A stretch of DNA of 64,000 nt, taken from assembly GCF_021869535.1 (NCBI RefSeq), contig NW_026262593.1, positions 40,300,001 through 40,364,000 on the forward strand. The letters are read 5' to 3'. Positions 1-13,050 of the stretch are shown piece after piece. Source of the stretch: Mytilus californianus. Taxonomy: Eukaryota. The notes under the pieces were generated by a model that saw only the letters and a program-made list of their open reading frames with translations, did not search any database and was not told where the DNA came from. Both the position numbers and the translations under genes were made by a program. Within the stretch, counting starts at the first letter, position 1. Each line of letters opens with the position of its first letter.

Positions 1-621
1 ATAAACTCGAGTATAATACCTGGCGATGACTCATCGCTGTGTGTCATGGACCTTTCATGCCAAAGTATGATTACAGAGATTTTAATGATTATTCTTAACA
101 GCGTAGAATTTTAAAACAATGAAACATTCGCCTTCCTGTTCAAAGATTTCCCTTCAAATTTAAGCACATATGATATATATTGAAGAAAGCTAAACCCGGT
201 ATATTTTTAAACAAAATTTTGAAAAGGTTTAAAAAGAGAATAATATTTCGGAAATGATGTCGGGCAGCGCTTGGTTTCGATTCTCCTGAGACACAGAATG
301 ACAAACTTTGTCAACATCTGAAAAAAGTCCCTTCAATTTCAGTATTTGGAGACTAATTTTTTTTGAAAACGTGTCCTTTCTTTGAGGCGAAATCAACCCG
401 CTAGGAATGATGAATAGGGAGATGATGTCGAAACAGTTGAATAAAACTTATAAAAATTCATTCATAAACAATATTATATTGTTGAAGACTTAACATAACT
501 ATGTTGACGTTTAGAAGTCTTTTGGTTGTCAATGTCGTTAGGTTCCTGTCTCATTGACGTATACCCGAAATTTGGTTTTATTCATATATTTATTAATGAA
601 GTTTATATATCAACTGTGAAT

Positions 622-948
622 AAAAAGTAAAATAAAAAAATGCCGAACTTCAAGGAAAATTCAAAGCGGGAAGTCCCTTATCAAATGGCAAAATCAAAAG
701 CTCAAACACATCAAACGAATGGAAAATAACTGTCATATTCCTGAATTGGTACAGGCATTTCCTTTTGTAGAAAATTGTGGATTAAACCTGGTTTTATAGC
801 TAGCTAAACCTCTCAGACACTTGCATGACAGTCGCATAAAATTCCATTATATTGACAACAATGTGTGAACCGAAAACAAAAAGACATAATAGGTAAAAAT
901 GTCAAAATTAGGGGTACAGCAGTCAACATTGTGTTATAATCTTAATCA
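622..948 (+). mobile_element. Dispersed ~330-bp non-autonomous repeat, family A (copy 1 of 3)
   Basis: Same sequence (aaagctcaaacacatcaaacgaatgg...gtacaggcattt...gctagctaaacctctc...ggggtacag) recurs at ~34336-34620 (+) and ~52700-53037 (-). Confidence 0.8.
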
Positions 949-1461
949 AACCACCTAACTTAATGTGAAACTATATACTTTGTGATACTTCAATTTACCA
1001 TGCTACTATTAAACTTGACTTGCTTGAAAACTAAGCAGTATGAATGGTGCTGCAATGACTAGTCCTGATATTGGTTAAAAGAGGATTTGAGTTTCCGTAA
1101 ACTTCAGTTTAGTGTTCCCAGTTCGTCTTGCATGACTTCATATACACACATGTTTAGGTTGTGTATTGTGCTTTGGTCTCTAGCTTTTTGGTCTCTTTTT
1201 AACGAAGTATGTCTCTCATCTTCTACCCTCTGTTTAGTATAACTATTGGATGAATAGTATATAACGTTTGTCGCTCATCCGTACGTTAGTCAGCTCTTCC
1301 GTTCGCAAACTCTTCAAAACCAAGTGATTTAATGAAAGTTTAAAAATAAGTAAGTGCGAAAAGAAAAAGTACAACCCATATATTTTTTTCGGGTTTTTCA
1401 TAGCAAAATTTGAACATTACGATCGTTATAAATAATGTTTGAAGTAGAGCAGGAAGGATAT

Positions 1462-1638
1462 GAGAGATTTAGGATGGGAGGTTTTCACCATTTTTCTCTT
1501 TTCTTTATTTCTTTTGCCCATTACTCTCTATTCTTTTTTTATTGCCTATTTTTCTCTATTCTTTATTTTTATAGCCCTTTATTCTACTCTTTTTCCCAAT
1601 TATTCTGTATTCTATTAACCCCATCCACTGGATACCCT
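1462..1638. mobile_element. MITE family D (GAGGGTCTGGATGGGG-type TIR, internal tattctct-like repeats), degraded copy
   Basis: ggatggg...cccatcc ends around a degenerate tattctct repeat; explains spurious ORF 1435-1671. Confidence 0.6.
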
Positions 1639-3270
1639 TATATGATGAGGACTGAGCTTGAAGTGTTTTAACCAGGATTCAGTTTCATTAAGATAAGCAC
1701 TTAGAAAATATTGCTGTTCTTCATCAAGTCAAAGTCACTATGAGGCCTTCAACTGCATGGAGCAAAAACTAACACCCCTACTTAAATTCAAGTCGGCCCC
1801 TAGCACCTATTCGATCGAAATCTGTTCAGTTGCTAGATATCTGTCAAGCAGACTGCATGCGCAAGGCGGACCCTAACACCGATTCGGGCTGGATTATTTG
1901 TAGACCACTATACATTTTTGCATTGAAGAGCACAGCTGCGTGTTGAATTCAACACATCTGTATTGATATTTACTCTGCATTAAACTTAGAATATATCTGT
2001 GTGACCTAGACAATTATTTGTTTTCATGTGCAATCATGAAAATATATGTATCTGCAACATGAAATATGCATTTGTGATGTGTAAACATTATTATAAGAGC
2101 GTAGATGAAGTACATACCTCGATATATGCCAGACACTAAACGTCTGACTGATGCAAAGATTTACAAACAGATGTCTACATTCAAAGAGAGCGGGTTCAAT
2201 TTAGAAGAACTAATAACCTTTTATTGAAAACCTTTTTATTTTTTTGGTTCTCTTATTAATCATATATAACTGAAATTTGTTTATTATCGTATTATAGATA
2301 CATAATATTAATTAGAAGAATAATAATAAATGTGAATAGAATAATATATTGTTATTTAACTTACCTAATAAAAGTATTCTTATTTCCTTTGATCTGTATT
2401 TAGAAATTTTATTCCAGGCTTGTCCCATCACTTTGGTAAACAAACCATTTCTAACCATGGTTTAATAACATTGTGTCATATTCTTGAACACAGTCAGCAT
2501 CCTTCATCGTCTAAAAATAACCTAGTGTTGGAGAGTTCCGAATAACGACACACTTAATCATTTAGTGGAGGTGTTTTCTTAATTTTAAAAAATGTCAATT
2601 TCTTGACGATCTATTTATTCAAACTTAAAACTTGATCCATAATTGATTATGAAATAAACAATTTTAAATCGATTCTGGCATCTTAACAGTCACGGTTAAG
2701 GAATAATAAACTGCAACGATGTGATAGCTCTGCCATTCAGCAGGTTTTGAATCAATAATAAGGTGAAAAATAGAATTTTATCGTTCGATATTTCATTTAT
2801 AAATACATAGGAAAATTCGTTTCAAAGTGACGGCCATGGTGAAAATGACGTTCCAATCTCTTTAACATTTTACATACGGTGGTCATTTTGGATTTCTGAT
2901 TGCTTCTGAATAAAAATGGAAAGGACTGGTGTAGTTCTCATATTTTCCATCGAAAAGAAATCGATAAAAGCATTAATTTGTATATGTAACTTCCAAATAA
3001 TATTAAAAAATCCACGAGAATGGATAATAGAAGTAGTAAGTCGGGTACACCGTTAATTTCAGGCGTATTTGAATATACGTGGTTATACCTTGCAGGTAAT
3101 AAAAACAAACAAAACAAGGGTATAACATTGTTTCATATTTTCAGACTAACTGTTGATTTTGAAGCTTTCGGAATTTCCATTTTGAGAAGAACTTTATTAT
3201 ATGTGGTTCAAGTGACCGCTCATGAGCTACTATTATTATTAAGATTTGAATCACATTTTTTTATTAATAA

Positions 3271-3325
3271 AACCCGCCTCGGTAGTCTCGTGTTAGCGTG
3301 TTCGCCTCGAGTGCGGGAGGTCACT
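3271..3325 (+). mobile_element. 5' fragment of tRNA-derived SINE
   Basis: cgcctcggtagtctcgtgttagcgtgttcgcctcgagtgcgggaggtc resembles the head of the longer copy at ~44017. Confidence 0.5.
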
Positions 3326-4202
3326 GGGCAACAAATCTGACTTTAATTTTAAGTAGTACAGAGGCAGAAAAATATATTGAAGGACAATAATAATAATGTA
3401 GAAGTATTTGTCTGCCTAAATAAAACTTTAAATCATGGATCATAATTGTAAGAAAATTAACTATTTTCAGGAGCTCTCATGTCAGTGTGTCATGACTGAA
3501 ATGACTTTAAGCATATTTCTTCATTTAGTATATCGCCGGATAGGGCGACAATATTGGTTAGAAATCTTGAGTCCCTGGTGTGGACAGTGTATAACTTGCA
3601 AATTTTTTTCATACACCTTCGAAATTTATTTCTTTATATTTTATGCCTAAAATTGTAAGTAGGGGATGAAATTGCATGACAAAAAATTTGTGGCATGAAT
3701 TTTTAGGCAAAGTGGTAATTTGGTCCAGTTTGAAAAGGTCAAAACTTGAATTAGTATGTCTGAAGCTGTCATACTGAATTACAGACCCCCTTAACATAAA
3801 ATTATCCATATTCTGAGTTAGAGCCGATAGACTTTTCTATAATGTTGATATAATTTGTCCCAAAAGTAGTACACTACACGGTAAAAATCTTTTTTGGATA
3901 GAGCAGGTGCGATTTTTAAATTTGCGTTTTTTGTCTAAAAGAAATGCACTACGAAATAACTGTGTTCTCGGGCCATAACATAAAATATGTAACAAAAGCA
4001 AACTAGAATTTCAAATGGGTGTTATGTCCTCGTTTTAATAACTGCTTAATGCTTTTTGTTCTCTTGTTCTTTTTTTTAATTATTATAAATGGTTTCCTTT
4101 TTTCTTTTTAATATTTGGACCTGAAAAATACGGTTTGTATGCATGCAAATAGATATTTCGTACTACATTTTTGTATCTTTATTTAGATTGATCAACTGGC
4201 AA

Positions 4203-4560
4203 CACAGGCGCTTGGGGAATGGACCCGCCCCCTTTTTCTAATTTTTTCAAGTTTGTGTTTTAATTCTTTGTTTAAATATTCTGTAATATTTTAACTTATT
4301 TTCACTTATTAAATGTGTTCTGCACTTTTCCATACGATATTACAATAACAGTAATTTATAAATTTTGACCCTCTATTTCATTGAAATGAGAATATAGATC
4401 GAGGGTCAACAATATAAAGTACTGTTATTCTATAATATCGTATGGAAAAGAGTAGAACTCATTGAATAAGTAAAAATATTGCAAGGTATTTACTAAATAA
4501 TAATCAAAATACACAAACAAAATGTTTAGAAAAAGAGGGGTCCATTCCCAAGCGCCTGTG
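4203..4560. mobile_element. Fold-back MITE, palindromic over most of its length
   Basis: TIR CACAGGCGCTTGGGGAATGGACCC / GGGTCCATTCCCAAGCGCCTGTG; inner arms ttttccatacgatatta...gaccctc and gagggtc...taatatcgtatggaaaa are also complementary. Confidence 0.85.
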
Positions 4561-4848
4561 ATTCGCATACCCTATAACGGCTATCGGTTCTGCGGATGTA
4601 CAAAATAAAAAGTCGCGTTTCTATGAATAGGATTTATAAGTTCCAGTTTTTTATTTGCTTTCTTTCCTTTACAACAAGCATGCAGTCTTTCGTTTCATGA
4701 TATGACCAAACTTAATATGCCTAGACTATACAAAGTCCAAATTGTTTGTTTTTGGTTTATTTGAAGAAAGAAGTATATTATTACTGTTGTATTTATTTTT
4801 TTATGCAAGTTTATGATGTTAATCACCCCAATGGAAAATGCCATAATT

Positions 4849-5138
4849 GAGGGTCTTGATGGGGGATGGTCCTTCATTTCTTTCTTCTTTTATTTTTTTT
4901 TACAATTTTTCTCTATTTTTTTTATTTATTTCGCCAATTATTCTCTATTCTTTATATTTTAGCACACAATTATTCTCTATTTTTAATTTTTTTTGCCTGT
5001 TTTTCTCTATTCTTTATTTTTTGCCCTACATTCTGCATTTTTTGCCCATAATTCACTATTCTTTATTTTTTTGCCCTATATTCTGCATTTTTTGCCCATA
5101 ATTCTCTATTCTCTAAACCCCATCCCACCAAGACTCTC
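4849..5138. mobile_element. MITE family D
   Basis: GAGGGTCTTGATGGGG ... CCCCATCCCACCAAGACTCTC ends with internal tattctct/ttttttgcc repeats; explains ORFs 4847 and 4866. Confidence 0.75.
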
Positions 5139-6374
5139 ATAACTCGATCTTGTTAATTGGACATGTTTATGCAATATTACACATTTTCACAAAACTAATA
5201 GATGATTTAATATATATTGTTTAATTTTACTTCACAGACAGATCAAGGTGTACTAACACATACGGAAAATACGAGATTTGTGGTAAATGTCAAAGAAACA
5301 GCAATCCAAGGACATATGTATAAAGAAGACGTTTAGACATCAATATTAGGTTTTCGACAGTATTCAAAATTAAATTAAAATTCTTTATTTTCCTTATCAC
5401 ACGACCCTTTCAGGCATAACAAATTTTGACACGTTCATTCACACTTTAAAACAAGTCTTTTTGTTCCGTTCATTCTGATAATATTAATTATGCACAGCAC
5501 AACAAAACACGCATAAAAGTCATCATGACATCATTTGTGTGGAAGATGGGTAAAGAGAGATAACTCTGTAGTTATAATTGACACTCATACCACATCTTCT
5601 TATATCTAGTTAGTAGAACAGTATTCAAATTTGCTGTTTTTTTCAGTCAGCAAAATTAAGTTTTAAAAAATGATACCTTAGAGATAACTAGAGCTGTCCG
5701 CATAAATACCCCCGGCCGTACATGCATTTAAGTTGCTGATATGAAATTCAGTATTGAGACAATTTCATTTTGAGATTTTTATATAATCATTGCCTTTGCC
5801 AGTGTTAGATTGACACATGGTTACTGATATGTCAATCTGAAAGAATTATACTGACTCAGGAACATAGTTGGTTTACCGTAAATTCAGAAATAAAAGGTCA
5901 AAGTCAAGGTCAGAATGATGCTTCTGCATACAAAGTTTGGTCAAACTAAGTGCTTCAGTACACAATTAATGCACCAAACACAAATCATACAATGTTTTAC
6001 TATCATAGGATAGAGGTTTAAGCTCTAAATTAATTTATTTATGAAACACCCCTACCCCATGTTGTATCAGCATACCAAGTTTGGACAACCTAAGAGTTCT
6101 ATAGTAGAAAAATCCGACAAGGTTTTACTTTCATAAGGGTCAAGGTAAGAGAGACCTGAATTTGGTATACGACACTACCACAACCCTTGTATACTAGTAC
6201 CAACTTTTGTTGAACTAAGTTTTACGGTACTAAATATATGAGCCGAACACGAATTGGAAGGGTTTTAATATCATAGGGGTCAAAGGTCAAAATCAAGGTC
6301 AGAGTGATCTGACTTTGGTAAATAACACACACCAAGCTCATGATACAACTGCCTGCAAATTTGGTTATCATAAG

Positions 6375-6760
6375 TCTTTCCGTCTGTCCGTCCGTCCGTC
6401 CGTCTGTCCCATTTTCGTTTCTGCACTCTAACTTAAGTTTGCATCATGCAAATTGTATGAAACTATACACAATGCTGAGAACCAAAACTCGCAGACAGAG
6501 TTCGAATTTTGGCAGTGAAGTTACTTACAGTTCGAGAGTTAGGTCCCATTTTAACGTCGAAAATTGCATTTTTTTTGTTTCCGCACCCTAACTTAAGTTT
6601 TTCTCACCAAATTTTATGAAACTCATACACAATGCTAAGAACCACAACACGTAGACAGGGGTTGGGTTGTGAGTCATTTAGCATTCTTGAGTTATGCCCT
6701 TTTAACTTGGAAAATTGCTCAGCTTGAGCGGAGGCATTCTTGTCTTCAAACACATTCTTC
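6375..6760 (+). mobile_element. Helentron/HINE (pearl-like) non-autonomous element
   Basis: (GTCC)n microsatellite followed by two ~155-bp core repeats (ctaacttaagttt...tatgaaact.atacacaatgct) and a GC-rich 3' motif gcggaggcattcttgtc. Confidence 0.6.
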
Positions 6761-7055
6761 TTCTACTTTTGCCTATTTTTCTCTATTTGCCATTTGTTCT
6801 GCGCCTTTTGCCTATTACTCTCTATTCAATAAACCCCATCCAGACCTTCACGAAAGAGACTGGTGTCTATACAGCATGTGAAGCTCTTAATCGATCGAAT
6901 CGGAGAAAAATGTGTATGTGTCATTATTTTATTTTTAATCACATAGGAATGAAGGAGATGTGCATGGGGTACACGTCAATGAAAAAACAAACCGACGATT
7001 AAAATCACAATAAGAAAGCAATCTCCTAACTGTGTATTGCTACCTGTACATTATT

Positions 7056-7176
7056 GTTCAGGAGCCAAATGAAGCACGCCTCCGGTGCGGAATTTTCTCG
7101 CTGCGTTTAAGACCCATTGGTAGCCTTGGGCTGTTTTCTGCTCTATGGTCGGGTTGCTGTCGACACATTCCCTGTT
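7056..7176 (+). mobile_element. Dispersed repeat family B, fragment
   Basis: ttctcgctgc.tt.aagacccattgg...ctctatggtcgggttg...gacacattccc shared with 11412-11688 and 49558-49670. Confidence 0.7.
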
Positions 7177-8427
7177 TCAACATCAAATTCTCCAAAAGCA
7201 CAAACTATTATGAAATGACATATAAATCAACCGCAGACACAGGGTGCGAGATACATGGTATAATCTCGATCAGGCTCATAAAAACGGTACATGCAAGAAA
7301 ATAGAATAAAATCAGTACAGGAATGCATGCATTTACCTCTGAAATAACAGTTTAGTAGATAAAATAACACAAGTGCAAGCAAACAAATAACAAACCATAT
7401 ATCATATCACTTATAAGAATGCTCGCAGTTACTGAAAGCAAGCTCGAATACGTAACCTGTTGATATGGAAGCATGATGTCCTACACTCTAAGATTGGTAG
7501 CTGTACTTCAAATATATTTCGTACACAAACATCATGAACAGTACGAACGTATGAAATGTCAATAAATTGACTGCAAAATTTCAATTCAGAAAAGCAAAAG
7601 ACTATAGTAGCAAACTGGTGTTTATCATGCAAAAGCAAGACACAGCAAGTTAACAACAACTGTATAAATATAACCTTTTAACAACTCTTATAAGCCAATG
7701 AGAAAGATTTAAATACAATTCATAAGCTTACAGACTGTATGTGTTCGTTGAATGATATTACTGTTAAAACTGGAAAAGTAACACGATTTGTTATTCTTTC
7801 AAACTATGAAAATTTTGTGAAAGTTTTAATCAATTTTTTATGTCCATATCCATGTTGTAATTTTTTGTCGATTACAATGTTACTTTCATGGAATGAATAA
7901 AGACGTCTTTACATATGAGCGCATATCAAACCAACTGACAAATGAGCACTCCATAAATAGGATCCAACAGAAGGAACATCAACTGTTACATTATAAAAAA
8001 AAACCTTTAATTACAAGACTCACTCCATCTAAGACCTGCACATGGTTGATGTATTCACATATATAAAGACATTGAATTATTACAAACTCAATAACTAAAG
8101 TGATTGTTTGCCGTCTTAATCCGATAAACATGATGTTCCAGGAAGGGGTGTAATTTGCTTTTATGATTATTCAATAATTGTGACTAACTTATCTTTTTTT
8201 TAAAGTTTCAGTAGATATCCTCAGAAATGATAATTGTATACGCAGAAGAAATCCATAATATTGCGTTGGTACTAACCAGGGGCCGTGGAGTGAAAAAAAT
8301 AATGAAATGCATCACTTTTGTTTTTAAAAAAATGCATTAAAATCATTGATAAGGATGTTCGCTACTCTGTTTCAAAATAACAATAAAATTGAGAATGGAA
8401 ATTTTTTAAAAGACCATATATAAATAA

Positions 8428-8521
8428 CGGAACTAAAAATTAGAAAAAAATGAAGGGTCCGTGTCCGTGTCCCTGTAAATGAGACACGGACCTTTCATTT
8501 TTTATCAAATTTTTAGTTCCG
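8428..8521. repeat. 94-bp inverted repeat (small fold-back MITE or remnant)
   Basis: cggaactaaaaatt...aaatgaagggtccgtgtc pairs with gacacggacctttcattt...aatttttagttccg. Confidence 0.7.
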
Positions 8522-9247
8522 CCAATAAATAATAAGCCGAAGAAATTTTGCTTCTGAGAAAAATAACATTATACATAACAAATCTGTTTTAATTTTTTTT
8601 TCATATCAAATAACTTTTTTACCATAAAAAACGTACTTCTTGTGAACTTGTGATCAATGGCTTCCTTGCGGAGAATGAGGCAGAAACAAATAATATGCAG
8701 CAAATTGTCCACTTTTCAATTTAAGTCACTCAGCAAATTCAAGAGTTCAAATTGTTTTTGTCACTAATTTTCTACGCGAAGGACAACATCACCGACGAAT
8801 CATCAATGTTGTCGTACTCACAGAACTACTGTTACAATTTTTTTTCAAAATTTGAACAAAAGAGAATGATCAAAACTATAATGTTTTAGCCGTAGTGCAT
8901 CGTACATGGCTAGTGAAATAAGTCCATTTATACTTATAGTTTTCTAGTATGTCGCTTTGATATACTAACATAGTTCTTTCTTCCGATGACATGACGATTT
9001 TAAATACGTATTGGTCCCTCGATCACAAACGCTGCTTATATTTAATTGACTGATTTTATATGACGAGACTTCATGAAAAATGTTGGGAGTGTTGTATATT
9101 TTTCTAGCGGCAGAAGTCGAACTTTCTCAGCTAGCAGAGCGCACACATTTTGCCCTTGCCTACTAAATTTAGTGCCGTCTTTTATCTCTTTGCTCAAGTA
9201 AGAGTTCATCCTGTTGATAGTATTATAATACATCACGTGATTTTGAT

Positions 9248-9400
9248 TTTCTTCGCAGGAACACCAGCAGCTGCAGCAAGAATGAAAGCCAATGCTACAC
9301 AACCCCAAATCAGACAGAATATACAACAATATTGGACCCACATACCAATCTGAAAATAGACAAACTTGAACACGTTCAGCGAAGACTATTTCGATTCTTC
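9248..9400 (+). pseudogene. Decayed CR1/L2-type LINE ORF2 C-terminal fragment
   Basis: Open frame FLRRNTSSCSKNESQCYTTPNQTEYTTILDPHTNLKIDKLEHVQRR resembles the FLRRNL...LEY...WDPH...KLE.VQRR motif after the RT domain of CR1/L2 elements. Confidence 0.55.
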
Positions 9401-9559
9401 TCCTCAGCTTTCCGAATTTGAAATATCCTACGGTATACCCTAGCTGTTGTCTCCACACTTGCAGATACTTTACTTGTTTCTATCAATAGAACAAGTGCAT
9501 GTGGTCGTTATCCTTTATTTGTCGAAATATGTGTACATAGAAAGTTGGACACTGAATTC

Positions 9560-9722
9560 CAGGGGCGGATCCAGGATTTTAGGTTAGGGGGACGCAAACT
9601 TAAATTTTTAATTGAGGTAAAATTATCGAAATATTCTTTATTAAGCTGAGGACAACCCATGCTTTGCAAATTTTAGGGGGGGGGGCGCACGCCCGCCACG
9701 CCTCCGCCTGAATCCGCCCCTG
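9560..9722. mobile_element. hAT-like MITE
   Basis: TIR CAGGGGCGGATCCAG / TGAATCCGCCCCTG; flanks ctgaattc / ttaaattc are a degenerate 8-bp TSD. Confidence 0.7.
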
Positions 9723-9732
9723 TTAAATTCTA

Positions 9733-10121
9733 AGATATTTGAGGGATGAACTATAGAAAGTTCGATGATACTCAGATATTTGAGGGATGAACCATAGAAA
9801 GTTCGACGATACTCAGATATTTGAGGGATGAACCATAGAAAGTTCGACGATACTCAGATATTTGAGGGATGAACTATAGAAAGTTCGACGATACTCAGAT
9901 ATTTGAGGGATGAACTATAGAAAGTTCGACGATACTCAGATATTTGAGGGATGAACTATAGAAAGTTCGACGATACTCAGATATTTGAGGGATGAACTAT
10001 AGAAAGTTCGACCATACTCAGATATTTGAGGGATGAACCATAGAAAGTTCGACGATACTCAGATATTTGAGGGATGAACTATAGAAAGTTCGACAATACT
10101 CAGATATTTGAGGGATGAACT
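9733..10121. repeat. 41-bp minisatellite, ~9.5 copies
   Basis: Unit agatatttgagggatgaactatagaaagttcgacgatactc, head-to-tail with no spacers. Confidence 0.97.
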
Positions 10122-11411
10122 AAGTGGAAGAGTAAGATATAAGAAAATTAAGGGGGAGTTTTATTTGCACGTAAAACTAGTGCAACCCCGTCGCAGTTTG
10201 TGTCTGAACTATATGTCAGGTTACCTGGACCATATATTGTATTGTTCGATGTTTGTCTAAATTTTATGTCTTTTTTTCGGAGAAGCTACGGTCGGTGCAG
10301 GTGGTTTAGGTGATTGCTAACTTTGTTATGTCCAATATCGTTTTGTGATTCTTGTTATCCGGCCTGTCGCTATATATTTTCATCATTTCACAGTAGATTT
10401 TTTGAAGTAACCTTTTATACTGTCAAGATGTGTTGCAAGAAAACGAAATTTGTGACACTATTTTTCTTTCTTTTTTTCTATTTAAGAGAACAAAACCTTT
10501 TCTTTTCGCTTTCACATTGTTGCGTTTTCCCCTTATGTAATCTTATAAAGGTGGATCATACTTTGCCAAAAAGAAGATTTTACCATGCTTTTTTAAAAAA
10601 ATATGATAAAAAGTAGGGTGTCACAGTGCTATTTGGTCAAGCTACGAGTCGTGCAAATTTTCCCAAATTTGCATTGGTTATTCATGAAAAAACACTTTTT
10701 TGTGAATATAAAAAAAATATATGAGATAGAATTTTGGGATAAAATATGAAAGGATAGGTTTTATAATATGCTTAAAGAAAATAAAAAGAAACAATTGTGT
10801 TACCGATTCTATTCTTCTTGCGACAAGAAAAAAAAAAACAATTACCCTAATATACCATTGTAAAAATTTTACTATTTGGGTTATCTCCCCTTATATTGCT
10901 ATTTATAAAAATTGATTCGAACAAACACAAATATTTGGTAATCGTTAAAACAGTCTTATTAATGCAACACACTACTTTATTTGTTTTTATTCAAATACAC
11001 GGTCTTAAACATTAATTGCCAATCTGTCTTAATATTTGCAGATTTAAGCAAAGAACTAGACCGATTGTGTACTGCTTTTTTACAATCCAAGATGGCGGTA
11101 TACAGTTATTCTACTCTAAGTTTGTTAGAGCTATGTGAAACGTCAAACCTCTGACTACCGTCTGTAAATCATAGAAGAACTTTTCAACAGCTTTTTCGTC
11201 AAATTTAACAACTATAAACTGGATCGATCGGAAGTTGAAGACGTCCAACATTTTATCTAAAAGTGCAAATTAAGCTTTCAGACCATCATGCACCTAGAAG
11301 CATATACGTTAAGCGACTCATGAGTTATGGTAGCAGCGAATCCTTATCATGACTTTCTTACAAGTCAGCTTACCCTGGAACCTATAGACGATGCTAGTAT
11401 ATATATACGGG

Positions 11412-11688
11412 TTTTTTTTTGCGCCTGTCCCAAGTCAGGGGCCTCTGGCCTTTGTTAGTCTTGTATCATTTTTAATTTTAGTTTCTTGTGTATAATTTGG
11501 AGTTACGTATGACGTCCATTATCACTGAACTAGTATACATATGTGTTTAGGGGCCAACTGAAAGACGCCTCCGGGTGCGGGAGTTTCTCGCTGCATTGAA
11601 GACCCATTGGTGGCCTTCGGCTGTTGTCTGCTCTATGGTCGGGTTGTTGTCTCTTTGACACATTCCCCATTTCCATTCTCAATTTTAT
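11412..11688 (+). mobile_element. Dispersed repeat family B
   Basis: gcgcctgtcccaagtcag...ttctcgctgcattgaagacccattgg...cattctcaattttat; the reverse complement occurs at ~49831-50060. Confidence 0.8.
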
Positions 11689-11716
11689 TACAGGCCTACT
11701 TTACGACTGAAATGGG

Positions 11717-11887
11717 CAGTGGCGGATCCAGAAATTTTCATAAGTGGGAGCCCACTGACTGCCTAATAGGGGGCCACTCCAGTCATGCTTCAGTGATTCC
11801 CTATATAAACAACCAATTTTTACCCGAAAAAGGAGGAAATGCCCCCCCCCCCCCCGCCCCCCCCCCCCCCCCCTAAATCCGCCTCTG
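11717..11887. mobile_element. MITE related to the 9560 element
   Basis: TIR CAGTGGCGGATCCAG / TAAATCCGCCTCTG; atggg directly repeated at 11712-11716 and 11888-11892; internal poly-C tract. Confidence 0.7.
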
Positions 11888-12384
11888 ATGGGAATTTATA
11901 CTGTACAAACCTTTAGGTACGCATTCTCAATTAAGTCGGAATACTGCAAAGACTACGACCATGCAATAAAGATGGCATTAAATCAAATGTGTACAATAAA
12001 ATATCTATGTAACACCATACTCTTATAAAAGTTACTGAAGACCGCAGATTGACCTCGAGGCGACATCAGTTGAATTGATTTGTGGCGGTTCTAATGGAGA
12101 TAAAACTCTGAGACTTTTGTATTGCCTGAATTACCGTGTTAAAATTAATAATGGCTGTAAAGAAGTTGGGTTGAAATCGAAATCATTCTTTTCGTCACAC
12201 GATTTTATTTGAAATCGAATACTGTTTGCATAAATTATGTCGGGTGATATCTTTTTTTTTTTTATATTTCATGTCCTTCTATCTAGAAACATCAAGGACA
12301 TTCAACTTGATAAAAAAAATCCGTTGGCAAGCCGTGGATCGACCTATCAGTCAACCGGGGACTATATCTCGTATACCTTGGACC

Positions 12385-13005
12385 TAACGTGAGGGTACCC
12401 AAATTGCACCTATTTTGACAGTTTTTTCACCTACGTTTTTTTATAATCCAGACAAAAGTTTCCATTCTGTGTTTAATATGTAGACGTATCCTTATTTACT
12501 AGATAGGTACGGCACCAATTTAATTTTGAATCCATATTGAATCATAGAAAAATGGGTTTGAACCGACCTCCAAACGTTCCATGATTCTGTAATGAGGAGT
12601 ACCCAAATTGCATCCATGTTTAAATTCCCATCCTTAAAAATCTAATAACAGATGTTTTGTTTTATTTCTTCAAATATTTTGAACAATTAGACATTATGCC
12701 ATGCTTACTATCATTTTTTTTTAAAAGAAATGGATACTTGTAACATGTTTAATTTGCTCATTTTTAAAAAATGACATTTTGAGAACGTCGCATGGCGACG
12801 TTTCCGTAGATTTACTTTTTCCAGGGAATGCTTCATCTGTTGATGTTGATATATATATACTGTGAACGTTTTGTGTATATTTAAAAATAGTTACCTTTGT
12901 TGACAAATTGTTTAGTCTCAAAGAAAACTTGTAAGATTTCCGCAGCTTTTTTTGTTGAATAGGTGCAATTTGGGTACTCGGTGCAATTTGGGTACTGTGA
13001 CGTTA
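12385..13005. mobile_element. TA-flanked MITE (Tc1/mariner-like)
   Basis: 26-bp TIR TAACGTGAGGGTACCCAAATTGCACC / GGTGCAATTTGGGTACTGTGACGTTA; the gtacccaaattgca motif is repeated internally (~12599) and doubled at the right end. Confidence 0.75.
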
Positions 13006-13050
13006 AATCTATATTAGTGTATATCAGGTCCTATGTGTTACACTAACAAT

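Noticed and set aside
1435-5101. Phe/Leu/Ile-rich ORFs at 1435, 4847 and 4866 that look like membrane peptides
   Set aside because: They are translations of the tattctct repeats inside MITE family D.
7429-7659. 76-aa minus-strand ORF with an acceptor-like site
   Set aside because: No recognisable domain, no convincing donor and no partner exons.
9042-9458. 138-aa minus-strand ORF and 67-aa plus-strand ORF
   Set aside because: The region is better explained by a LINE fragment in a third frame.
9733-10121. CRISPR-like appearance of the 41-bp repeat with an internal palindrome (also the 38-, 39- and 40-bp arrays)
   Set aside because: Units are head-to-tail with no unique spacers, there are no cas genes, and the context is eukaryotic.
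11088-11098. YY1-type motif CAAGATGGCGG suggesting a TSS
   Set aside because: No good donor follows and similar motifs occur in local repeats; cannot be excluded as an upstream start but not called.
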